Under the pieces are notes generated by a model, which worked only from the letters and a program-made list of their open reading frames with translations, was not told the DNA's origin and did no database searches. The position numbers and the translations under genes were made by a program. Shown piece by piece: positions 9,132 through 17,186 of a DNA stretch of 40,055 bases. The number at the start of each line of letters is the position of its first letter. Within the stretch, counting starts at the first letter, position 1. Source of the stretch: Pseudomonadota bacterium (GTDB lineage Bacteria > Pseudomonadota > Gammaproteobacteria > Burkholderiales > Burkholderiaceae_C); NCBI GenBank assembly GCA_041174965.1, contig JBEDFU010000318.1, positions 1-40,055 on the forward strand, in the 5' to 3' direction.

Positions 9132-9611
9132 TCAGCCAGGTGAGATGGCGCCGGCAAAACCGTGCTGGCGCCAAGCTTCATAAACCACCACGGCCACAGC
9201 GTTGGACAGGTTGAGGCTTCGTTGTCCTGCAAGCATGGGCAAGCGCAATTGCCGCTCAGCAGGAAAACTTTCGCGCACGGCGGTCGGCAAACCGGCGGTT
9301 TCGCTGCCAAATACCAGCCAGTCGCCAGGCGCAAAGGCGCAGGCATGGGGTTGCTGGTTGCCCCGCGTGGTCAATGCATAGGCCTGGCCACCCAAGGCGG
9401 TCATCTGCGCGGCCAAAGCATTCCAGTCGGCGTGCACTTTGAGCGGCGCGTACTCGTGGTAATCCAACCCGGCGCGGCGCATTTGTTTGTCGCTCAGGTC
9501 AAACCCCAAAGGCTCAACCAGATGCAATTGGCAGCCAGTGTTGGCAGCCAGACGGATCACGTTGCCGGTGTTGGGTGGAATTTCAGGGTGAACCAAAACG
9601 ATGTGAAACAT
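9132..9611 (-). CDS. trmL: tRNA (cytidine/uridine-34 2'-O)-methyltransferase
   Basis: SPOUT motifs 'PEIPPNTGNVIRL', 'RRAGLDYH', 'FGSETAGLP' and 'RSLNLSN'. Confidence 0.93.
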   Translation of the reverse strand: MFHIVLVHPEIPPNTGNVIRLAANTGCQLHLVEPLGFDLSDKQMRRAGLDYHEYAPLKVHADWNALAAQMTALGGQAYALTTRGNQQPHACAFAPGDWLVFGSETAGLPTAVRESFPAERQLRLPMLAGQRSLNLSNAVAVVVYEAWRQHGFAGAISPG

Positions 9612-10368
9612 GGCCCACATTCTCACCCAGGCCCAAACTCGCTTCTGGATCGCTCAGGCGCGGAGCGTCGGTGCGTGCGAACACCATGGCCGTGATGTGG
9701 CCCACCCCCACTTGTCTGAGCGCCAGCGATGCGGCGTGCAAGCTGCTGCCGGTGGTCATGACATCGTCGATCAGGACCACATTGCACGCTTTGAGTGCAC
9801 CGGCATAACGCGGGTTGACCACCACAGCCCCCGCCACATTTTGTAACCGCTGTGCCTTGGGCAGGCTGGCTTGTGGCGCTGTGTCTCTGGTGCGCAGCAG
9901 GGCTTGGGCCAGGGTTTTGCCCTTGGCCAATTTGTGTGCCAAGACCAAGGCTTGGTTGAAGCCCCGTTCACGCAAGCGCTGAGCAGACAGGGGCATGGGC
10001 AATACCCATTGGGCCATTTCCAGGGCCGGCTCCACACCGGGCGCATGCTGCATCACATGGGCCAGCGAGCGCCCCATGGCGCTGTCGCCGTCAAACTTCA
10101 GTCGCGCCAAGCATGCGTCCCAAGGATAAGCGTAGGGCACGGCACACAAACTACGATCCCAAGGGGGTGGGTTTTGTGCGCATGTGGGGCAGGTGACCGT
10201 GTGGCCGGGCAATGCGCACCTGGGGCACCGCGCCACGGGTTGGGCAAAGCGTTCTATGCAGGTGCCGCAAATGGTTTGGGTGGGCCATGCGCGACATACG
10301 GCGCACACACTGTACCCACGCTGAAATGAGGGCCAGCGGGTCAGGGAGGTGAAACCAAACCATGCCAT
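9583..10368 (-). CDS. comF: ComF family protein (double zinc ribbon plus phosphoribosyltransferase domain)
   Basis: Four CxxC motifs, 'RERGFNQA' and the PRT motif 'VLIDDVMTTGSS'. Start chosen at ATG 10368, 6 nt behind a -10-like TATATT. Confidence 0.85.
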   Translation of the reverse strand: MAWFGFTSLTRWPSFQRGYSVCAVCRAWPTQTICGTCIERFAQPVARCPRCALPGHTVTCPTCAQNPPPWDRSLCAVPYAYPWDACLARLKFDGDSAMGRSLAHVMQHAPGVEPALEMAQWVLPMPLSAQRLRERGFNQALVLAHKLAKGKTLAQALLRTRDTAPQASLPKAQRLQNVAGAVVVNPRYAGALKACNVVLIDDVMTTGSSLHAASLALRQVGVGHITAMVFARTDAPRLSDPEASLGLGENVGHVSHRFGSP

Positions 10369-10374
10369 CGCACC

Positions 10375-10382
10375 AATATACT
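10375..10382. promoter_or_regulatory. Putative bidirectional -10 element between comF and the BioC-like gene
   Basis: AATATACT reads TATACT on + (7 nt before ATG 10390) and TATATT on - (6 nt before ATG 10368). The gap between the starts is only 21 bp. Confidence 0.6.
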
Positions 10383-10389
10383 GCCCGAT

Positions 10390-11292
10390 ATGTCTTTGGC
10401 CAAATCTGCGCTCCCCCCCCACCTGGATATCCGGGCCGCGCAAAGCTGGTTGCACAGGCCGCGCCCACAACCCGCCTGGCTCAGCGAAGAAGTGGCCCGG
10501 CGCATGCAGCAGCGCTTGGACGTGATCCGCGTGCCGCCCAAGACTTGGGCCGATTGGCACCCTGGCAACGGTGGCTGGCAAGCACACGCACTGCTGCGCA
10601 AACGCTACCCCAAGGCAGACTGTTGGTTGGTGGAGCCCAGCCATTCACGCTTGGCCTGGGCGCGTCAGAATGTGGCAGAGCCGTGGTGGCAATCCTGGCG
10701 TCTGGGTCAGCGCCACGCAGCCCTCGCGCCTGCCCATGCTGTGGAGATGGTCTGGGCCAATATGCTCTTGCACCAAAGCGAGCAGCCGCTGGCTTTGTTA
10801 AAAACTTGGCACCAGTTTTTGGCAATTGATGGGTTTGTCATGTTCTCGGCTTTGGGCCCTGACAGCCTGCGGGAATTGCATGCCGTTCATGAGCGCATGC
10901 ATTGGGGCCCGCCTGGCCCCAATATGACCGATATGCACGATTGGGGCGACATGTTGCTCGAGGCAGGTTTTTCCCAGCCGGTGATGGACATGGAGCGCAT
11001 CACTTTGACCTATGCCAACGCCTTGGCCATGCTTGCAGATTTGCGAAGCATGGGGCGCAACACCCGCAGCGACCGATTTTCCGCATGTCGGGGCAAGGCC
11101 TGGCGTGGGGCATGGCTGCAGGCCGTGGAGCAGTGGGGATCGCGAAGCCCCAGCGACGGGCGGCTGCAACTCACTTTTGAGGTGATTTATGGCCACGCGA
11201 TCAAACCGCAGCCCCGCGTTCCCATGGCGGCGCAGAGCGCTGTTTCCCTGGGGGATATGCGCGCCATGTTGGGGCGGTCCCAGCGCGATTGA
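10390..11292 (+). CDS. BioC-like/NDUFAF5-like methyltransferase-fold protein with degenerate SAM-binding motif
   Basis: Motifs 'EEVARRMQQRL', 'FSALGPDSLREL', 'DMHDWGDMLLEAGF', 'PVMDMERITLTY' and 'LTFEVIYGHA'. The motif I region reads WADWHPGNGG. Confidence 0.7.
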   Translation: MSLAKSALPPHLDIRAAQSWLHRPRPQPAWLSEEVARRMQQRLDVIRVPPKTWADWHPGNGGWQAHALLRKRYPKADCWLVEPSHSRLAWARQNVAEPWWQSWRLGQRHAALAPAHAVEMVWANMLLHQSEQPLALLKTWHQFLAIDGFVMFSALGPDSLRELHAVHERMHWGPPGPNMTDMHDWGDMLLEAGFSQPVMDMERITLTYANALAMLADLRSMGRNTRSDRFSACRGKAWRGAWLQAVEQWGSRSPSDGRLQLTFEVIYGHAIKPQPRVPMAAQSAVSLGDMRAMLGRSQRD

Positions 11293-11325
11293 AAGCCCTG
11301 TGTCAGCCAATGGCCTCGCGCAGAT

Positions 11326-11355
11326 TGTTAGAATGCGGCCATTGAATCCATTCAA
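11326..11355 (+). promoter_or_regulatory. Putative cox operon promoter (extended -10) followed by an FNR-like palindrome
   Basis: TGtTAGAAT at 11326-11334 and TTGAA-TCCA-TTCAA at 11342-11355. Confidence 0.55.
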
Positions 11356-11426
11356 ATGCATCCTTCTTGTGGCCCCGACATGAAACCATCTCCTGTGCCA
11401 TGCCAATTTTGAAGTCTTCCAACACC

Positions 11427-12590
11427 ATGAACAAGCTCTTTGGGAAATTGAACGCGGCCGCGCTGATGCTGGGCGCTTGGCTGTCAAGCTCTGCCTGGGC
11501 GGTCAACGATCTGCCTGGCGGACCGGCAGTCAGGCAGCTGAACTTGCCACCTGCAGCCACCAAAATTGCCGAAGAGCAGGCTTGGTTGCATTGGTTCATG
11601 CTGATCATTTGCACCGTGATCTTTGTGGTCGTTTTTGGGGTGATGTTTTATTCCATTTGGAAACACCGCAAATCCGTGGGCCACAAGCCAGCCACTTTCC
11701 ACGAGTCGGTGAAGGTTGAAATCGCCTGGACCATTGTCCCGTTTGTTATTGTGATTTTGATGGCCCTGCCCGCAACCAAAGCGGTGGTGGCCAGCAAGGA
11801 CACCTCCAACGCCGACCTCACCATCAAAGCCACGGGTTACCAGTGGAAATGGGGCTATGACTACATCAAGGGCGAGGGCGAGGGCATTGGTTTTGTCTCC
11901 ACCCTGGACAACGAACACCGCGAAATGTCCAACAACGGTGCCAAGGGCGTGGACATTGACAATTACTTGCTCAAAGTGGACAACCCTTTGGTGGTGCCGG
12001 TCGATAAAAAAGTGCGCATCATCACCACGGCCAATGACGTGATTCACGCCTTTGCCGTTCCCGCTTTTGGCATCAAACAAGACGCGATTCCCGGTTTCGT
12101 GCGCGACACCTGGTTCCGCGCTGAGCGCACCGGCGATTTTTACGGCCAATGTCAAGAGTTGTGCGGAAAAGAACACGCTTATATGCCCATCCACGTCAAA
12201 GTGGTCAGCGCCACTGACTATGCGGCTTGGGTTCAAGACCAGCAAAAGAAAATGGCCGCCAAGCTGGACGACCCGAACAAAGTGTGGGTTTTGGACGACC
12301 TCGTCAAGCGCGGCGAAAAAGTTTATGCAGCCAACTGTGTGGCATGCCACCAACCCACCGGCAAAGGTGCGGGTCCCATCAAGGCACTGGATGGTGCTGC
12401 CGTGGTGCTCGATGCCGACAAAACCAAGCAGATCAAAATCTTGCTCAATGGCCAAAACAATGGTGCCATGCCGGCTTGGAAACAGTTGAGCGACACCGAC
12501 TTGGCCGCGGTCATCAGTTACACCAAAAACAATTGGTCCAACAAAACAGGTCAGTTGGTTCAGCCTGCCGAAGTCAAGGCCGCCCGTTAA
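11427..12590 (+). CDS. coxB: Cytochrome c oxidase subunit II with C-terminal cytochrome c domain
   Basis: Signal peptide, two TM helices, 'GYQWKWGYDY', CuA ligands 'DVIHAF' and 'CQELCGKEHAYM', and heme c motif CVACH. The start could also be 11400. Confidence 0.95.
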   Translation: MNKLFGKLNAAALMLGAWLSSSAWAVNDLPGGPAVRQLNLPPAATKIAEEQAWLHWFMLIICTVIFVVVFGVMFYSIWKHRKSVGHKPATFHESVKVEIAWTIVPFVIVILMALPATKAVVASKDTSNADLTIKATGYQWKWGYDYIKGEGEGIGFVSTLDNEHREMSNNGAKGVDIDNYLLKVDNPLVVPVDKKVRIITTANDVIHAFAVPAFGIKQDAIPGFVRDTWFRAERTGDFYGQCQELCGKEHAYMPIHVKVVSATDYAAWVQDQQKKMAAKLDDPNKVWVLDDLVKRGEKVYAANCVACHQPTGKGAGPIKALDGAAVVLDADKTKQIKILLNGQNNGAMPAWKQLSDTDLAAVISYTKNNWSNKTGQLVQPAEVKAAR

Positions 12591-12620
12591 CCCCATGCCC
12601 CGATTGAGAAGGAATATCCC

Positions 12621-14255
12621 ATGAGCGCAGTTCTCGACCCCCATGGCCACACCGCTGGCGACCACGGGCATGACGATCACCATGGCGCCCCCCACGGCTG
12701 GCGCCGCTGGGTGTTTGCCACCAATCACAAAGACATCGGCACCCTGTACCTGCTGTTTGCGTTCACCATGCTGATGATTGGTGGTATTTTGGCGCTGCTG
12801 ATCCGTGCAGAGTTGTTCCAGCCGGGCTTGCAGTTGGTCAACCCCGAGCTGTTCAACCAGTTCACCACCATGCACGGCCTGATCATGGTGTTTGGTGCCA
12901 TCATGCCGGCCTTTGTGGGCTTTGCGAACTGGATGATTCCTTTGCAAATTGGCGCATCCGACATGGCTTTTGCGCGCATGAACAACTTCAGCTTTTGGTT
13001 GATGATTCCAGCCGCTGCCATGTTGGCGGGCTCGTTCTTCATGCCAGGTGGCGCACCCGCTGCGGGATGGACGCTGTATGCGCCGCTGACCCTGCAAATG
13101 GGTCCCTCCATGGACGCAGCCATTTTTGCGCTGCACATTTTGGGCGCCTCTTCGATCATGGGCTCCATCAACATCATCGTGACCATTTTGAACATGCGCG
13201 CGCCCGGCATGACCATGATGAAGATGCCCATGTTTGTCTGGACTTGGTTGATCACCGCTTACCTGTTGATTGCCGTGATGCCGGTGTTGGCGGGTGTGAT
13301 CACCATGACGCTGACCGACCGCCACTTTGGCACCACCTTCTTCAATCCTGCCGGTGGGGGTGATCCGGTGATGTTCCAGCACATCTTCTGGTTCTTTGGT
13401 CACCCCGAGGTTTACATCATGATCTTGCCGGCGTTTGGCATCATCAGCCAGATCGTGCCGGCCTTCTCGCGCAAGCGTTTGTTTGGCTACGCTTCCATGG
13501 TTTACGCCACCTCATCGATTGCGATTTTGTCGTTCATCGTGTGGGCGCACCACATGTACACCACCGGCATGCCAGTCACAGGCCAGTTGTTCTTCATGTA
13601 TGCCACCATGCTCATCTCTGTGCCCACGGGCGTGAAGGTGTTCAACTGGATCGCTACCATGTGGAAAGGGTCCATGACTTTTGAAACCCCCATGCTGTTT
13701 GCCGTGGGCTTCATTTTCGTGTTTACCATGGGTGGCTTCACTGGTTTGATCTTGGCCATGGCCCCGATCGATTTGCAATTGCAAGACGGCTACTACGTGG
13801 TGGCGCATTTCCACTATGTGTTGGTGGCGGGTTCCTTGTTCACCATGTTTGCGGGCTACTACTACTGGTCGCCAAAGTGGACGGGTGTGATGTACAACGA
13901 AACCCGCGGCAAGATCCATTTTTGGTGGACCTTGATTTCCTTTAACGTGACTTTCTTCCCCATGCACTTCTTGGGTTTGGCGGGCATGCCGCGCCGCTAT
14001 GCCGACTACCCGATGCAGTTTGCGGACTTCAACGCCTTGGCTTCAGTGGGTGCATTTGCCTTCGGTTTTGCACAGGTGTATTTCTTCTTGTTCGTGGTGC
14101 TGCCCACCATGCGTGGCAAGGGCGAGCCAGCACCCCAGCGCCCTTGGGAAGCCGCTGAAGGTTTGGAGTGGGAAGTGCCTTCGCCTGCACCTTTCCACAC
14201 CTTTGAAACCCCACCCAAACTCGATGCCACCGCCACCAAGGTTGTGGCATTCTGA
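12621..14255 (+). CDS. coxA: Cytochrome c oxidase subunit I (A1-type heme-copper oxidase)
   Basis: Motifs 'TNHKDIGTLY', 'TMHG', 'FWFFGHPEVYI', 'WAHH', 'VAHFHY' and 'GMPRRY'. AAGGA SD. Confidence 0.97.
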   Translation: MSAVLDPHGHTAGDHGHDDHHGAPHGWRRWVFATNHKDIGTLYLLFAFTMLMIGGILALLIRAELFQPGLQLVNPELFNQFTTMHGLIMVFGAIMPAFVGFANWMIPLQIGASDMAFARMNNFSFWLMIPAAAMLAGSFFMPGGAPAAGWTLYAPLTLQMGPSMDAAIFALHILGASSIMGSINIIVTILNMRAPGMTMMKMPMFVWTWLITAYLLIAVMPVLAGVITMTLTDRHFGTTFFNPAGGGDPVMFQHIFWFFGHPEVYIMILPAFGIISQIVPAFSRKRLFGYASMVYATSSIAILSFIVWAHHMYTTGMPVTGQLFFMYATMLISVPTGVKVFNWIATMWKGSMTFETPMLFAVGFIFVFTMGGFTGLILAMAPIDLQLQDGYYVVAHFHYVLVAGSLFTMFAGYYYWSPKWTGVMYNETRGKIHFWWTLISFNVTFFPMHFLGLAGMPRRYADYPMQFADFNALASVGAFAFGFAQVYFFLFVVLPTMRGKGEPAPQRPWEAAEGLEWEVPSPAPFHTFETPPKLDATATKVVAF

Positions 14256-14263
14256 GAGTCGGC

Positions 14264-14380
14264 ATGAACCCCGATCAAAAAAAGCATAACCTTCGGCTCG
14301 CCTTGATTCTGGCGACCGTGGGTTTGGTCTTCTTTTTGGGGGTGCTGGCCAAAATCGTTTTGGTGGGCCGCGCCGGTTAA
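14264..14380 (+). CDS. Small single-TM cytochrome oxidase-associated protein (38 aa; not in the ORF track)
   Basis: ATG..TAA encodes MNPDQKKHNLRLALILATVGLVFFLGVLAKIVLVGRAG. GAGAG lies upstream, and the ORF fills the coxA-ctaG gap, ending 3 bp before ctaG. Confidence 0.8.
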   Translation: MNPDQKKHNLRLALILATVGLVFFLGVLAKIVLVGRAG

Positions 14381-14383
14381 TCC

Positions 14384-14980
14384 ATGTCGCACAACCTGCT
14401 TTTGCTGCGTAAATTGGTGGTGATTGCCGTGGGCATGTTTGCCTTTGGTTACGCCTTGGTACCCATGTACAAAGCCATTTGCGAATTCACCGGCATCAAC
14501 ATCTTGGCCCTGGGTGAAAAAGAGGCCAAAGGCTCTGGCAATGCCAAAGCCAACATCACCAATACCCAAATCGATACCAGCAGAACCATCACGGTGGAGT
14601 TTGATGCGAATGCGCGGGGTCCTTGGCAGTTCAAACCCGCCCAAAGCTCTGTTCAAGTCCATCCAGGTGAGTTGACCACCGTGATGTACGAATTTGAAAA
14701 CGTTCAAGACCGCACCATGTCGGCCCAAGCCATTCCCAGCTATGCACCACGCCAAGCGGCAGCGCATTTCAATAAGCTGGAGTGTTTTTGTTTTAATCAA
14801 TACACTTTGGCTCCAGGCGAGAAAAAGCAGTGGCCGGTGGCGTTTGTCGTTGACAGCAAACTGTCCAAAGACGTGACCACCATCACCTTGTCTTACACCT
14901 TTTTTGAGGTGGGGTCCAAAACACCCCCTGCACCCGTCGCGGCCTTGCCCCTCGCGGTTCATACAGGGGGCGGTACGTGA
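14384..14980 (+). CDS. ctaG: Cytochrome c oxidase copper assembly protein CtaG/Cox11
   Basis: N-terminal TM 'FAFGYALVPMYKAICEFTG', copper motif 'KLECFCF' and 'ITLSYTFF'. Confidence 0.93.
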   Translation: MSHNLLLLRKLVVIAVGMFAFGYALVPMYKAICEFTGINILALGEKEAKGSGNAKANITNTQIDTSRTITVEFDANARGPWQFKPAQSSVQVHPGELTTVMYEFENVQDRTMSAQAIPSYAPRQAAAHFNKLECFCFNQYTLAPGEKKQWPVAFVVDSKLSKDVTTITLSYTFFEVGSKTPPAPVAALPLAVHTGGGT

Positions 14981-15192
14981 GCCAATCGCTGCCGGTCAAG
15001 CCCGTCAAAAGTTCTTTTGGGCGAGCCATGTTGACCGTTGCATGGTCTTTTTTGGGCATCCGCAAAAGAAGCGGCTTTGAAGAGGACTTGGCGCGGGTGT
15101 CCCCCTTGCATGTGCTCTTGGTGGGCTTGCTGTCGGGTTTGTTGTTTGTGATCGGGTTGATCGTCTTGGTCAACTGGGTCGTTGCGAAATAA
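14977..15192 (+). CDS. DUF2970-like small membrane protein
   Basis: 'VAWSFLGIRKR...EDLAR..PLH' plus a TM helix. GTGA overlap with the ctaG stop. Confidence 0.78.
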   Translation: MSQSLPVKPVKSSFGRAMLTVAWSFLGIRKRSGFEEDLARVSPLHVLLVGLLSGLLFVIGLIVLVNWVVAK

Positions 15193-15207
15193 TCAGGAGT
15201 CGTGTCA

Positions 15208-16089
15208 ATGAGCGCCAATACCCACGGGGGAACCCCTTACTACTTCGTGCCAGGCCCATCGCGCCATCCGGCCATGGCGTCGCTGGGTTTGTTTTTTGTG
15301 ATCTTGGGCGCAGGCCAATGGGTCAATGGATCTGACTGGGGCAAATATGCCCTGATGTTTGGTTTGGTCTTTTGGCTGTTTGTGCTTTACCAATGGTTTG
15401 GGGATGCCATCGCCGAAAGTGAAGGCGGCAGTTATGGCCACAAAGTGGATTTGTCCTACCGCTGGAGCATGAGCTGGTTCATCTTCTCAGAGGTGATGTT
15501 CTTTGGTGCGTTTTTCTCGGCCTTGTGGTGGGCGCGGGTTCATTCTGTGCCCATGCTTGGCAATTTAGAGCATGCACTTTTGTGGCCCGACTTCAAAGCG
15601 GTGTGGCCCACCTTGGCCGCTGGTGTGACGGCTTCACCCGGGGGCATCATCGAGCCGTTCCAAACCATGACGCCTTTTTGGCTGCCCACCATCAACACGG
15701 CCTTGTTGTTGTCATCCGGTGTGACCTTGACCATCGCTCACCATGCTTTGCGTGAGAACCAGCGGGGCCGCACCATCACCTTCATGTGGTTGACGGTTTT
15801 GCTGGGCGTCGTGTTCTTGTTTGTGCAGGGTTACGAGTACGCCCATGCCTACAGCGATATGAACCTCAAGCTGACCTCAGGCGCTTATGGATCCACTTTT
15901 TACATGCTCACGGGTTTCCACGGCTTTCACGTGTTTTTGGGCATGTTGATGCTGTTGGTCATTACCTTGCGTCTGCAAAAAGGGCATTTCACCGCTGATA
16001 AACACTTCGGATTTGAAGGCGCCGCTTGGTACTGGCACTTTGTGGACGTGGTTTGGTTGGGCTTGTACATCCTGGTTTATTGGATGTGA
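15208..16089 (+). CDS. coxC: Cytochrome c oxidase subunit III
   Basis: Motifs 'WFIFSEVMFF', 'NTALLLSSG', 'TGFHGFHV' and 'AWYWHFVDVVW'. AGGAG SD lies 8 nt before ATG 15208. Confidence 0.95.
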   Translation: MSANTHGGTPYYFVPGPSRHPAMASLGLFFVILGAGQWVNGSDWGKYALMFGLVFWLFVLYQWFGDAIAESEGGSYGHKVDLSYRWSMSWFIFSEVMFFGAFFSALWWARVHSVPMLGNLEHALLWPDFKAVWPTLAAGVTASPGGIIEPFQTMTPFWLPTINTALLLSSGVTLTIAHHALRENQRGRTITFMWLTVLLGVVFLFVQGYEYAHAYSDMNLKLTSGAYGSTFYMLTGFHGFHVFLGMLMLLVITLRLQKGHFTADKHFGFEGAAWYWHFVDVVWLGLYILVYWM

Positions 16090-16111
16090 TGGCAGCCCAT
16101 GCCAGCTGATG

Positions 16112-16137
16112 AAAGGCCGCCCCGTGCGGCCTTTTTT
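16112..16137 (+). terminator. Intrinsic terminator after coxC (possibly bidirectional)
   Basis: AAAGGCCGC-CCCGT-GCGGCCTTT followed by further T's, between convergent genes. Confidence 0.8.
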
Positions 16138-16148
16138 CTCGCTGAGGG

Positions 16149-16370
16149 TCAATGTCCTGCCGGAATGCCCGAAGGTTGGATGTACCCAAGCTTCCAAGCC
16201 AGCAACACGCACAGGAACAAAACGATGGAAAACCCGACCCGCATGGCCAAGGCCTTCACCATGTTGCTGGTTTTGGCTTGTCCATCGCGGCCGTCGCGCA
16301 TCATGAAAAACAAAGCAGTGCCCAAACTGCCAATGATGGCCAAAAAGCCCAGGGCGACAATCCATTTCAT
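16149..16370 (-). CDS. Twin transmembrane helix small protein (DUF2909/HIG1-like)
   Basis: MKWIVALGFLAIIGSLGTALFFMMRD...MVKALAMRVGFS...GYIQP. This is the typical antisense gene between coxC and SURF1. Confidence 0.82.
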   Translation of the reverse strand: MKWIVALGFLAIIGSLGTALFFMMRDGRDGQAKTSNMVKALAMRVGFSIVLFLCVLLAWKLGYIQPSGIPAGH

Positions 16371-16397
16371 GCATTCCATTATCCGCTCAGTTTGCGC

Positions 16398-17186
16398 ATG
16401 AGTCTGGGCCCTTCAAACGCCGCACCCCCACGCGCTTGGCACACGGCTCGGTGGTGGTTTGTCACCGCTGTGGCTGTGGCCACCATGGCATTGACCGCCC
16501 GCTTAGGGATGTGGCAGACCGACAGGGCGCAGTACAAGGAAAACCTGCACAACCTACAGCAAGCGCAAGCCGCGTTGCCACCCTTGAGCAACGCGGCATT
16601 TGAATCCCCGGTAGACGCTGCCTTGGGCATGCACCGGAGTGTCCACTTGCAAGGCGAGTGGCTGGCAGAGCACACGGTTTTTTTGCAAAACCGCAGCCAA
16701 AACGGTGTGCCTGGCTTTTGGGTCTTGACGCCCTTGCAGTTGTCACCCACGGCGATGGTGTTGGTGCAGCGCGGTTGGGCGCCTCGTGACCGCGTCTCCA
16801 GCGAAGTGCTGCCCCCCATCGTGACGCCCACGGGCTTGGTCCATGTGCAAGGCCGTTGGGTGGCGCCACCTTCGCGCATGGTCGAGCTTGCGCAAACCGA
16901 TCAAGGCACAGCATCTGGGTCGGAACCAAGGTCATCGACCATCAGGCAAAATCTAGATGTGAACGCATGGGCTGCAGAGATGAAGTTGCCCATCACCGCC
17001 ACGGTGCTGCAAACCGGCGCTGCTTCTGAAGGTTTGGCACGCGACTGGGCTCCAGCCCTGTCTGGTGCCGATAAAAACCGGGGCTATGCGTTTCAGTGGT
17101 TCGCTTTGTCTGGCCTGGTGGCCGTGTTGTTTGTTTGGTTTCAAATCATTTTGGTCCTGCGCCGTGCCCCCCCAACCCAATCCTGA
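16398..17186 (+). CDS. SURF1 family cytochrome oxidase biogenesis protein
   Basis: Motifs 'LGMWQTDRA', 'VLTPL', 'LVQRGW' and 'GYAFQWF', with TM helices at both ends. Confidence 0.88.
   Translation: MSLGPSNAAPPRAWHTARWWFVTAVAVATMALTARLGMWQTDRAQYKENLHNLQQAQAALPPLSNAAFESPVDAALGMHRSVHLQGEWLAEHTVFLQNRSQNGVPGFWVLTPLQLSPTAMVLVQRGWAPRDRVSSEVLPPIVTPTGLVHVQGRWVAPPSRMVELAQTDQGTASGSEPRSSTIRQNLDVNAWAAEMKLPITATVLQTGAASEGLARDWAPALSGADKNRGYAFQWFALSGLVAVLFVWFQIILVLRRAPPTQS

Noticed and set aside
12621-12700. His-rich N-terminus of CoxA
   Set aside because: This is a common feature of betaproteobacterial subunit I and not evidence of a new function.
11484-13403. 639-aa minus-strand ORF spanning coxB-coxA
   Set aside because: It is an antisense shadow of strongly codon-biased genes, with no recognisable motifs. 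Similar shadows occur opposite the VWA gene, MoxR, prs and the M16 genes.
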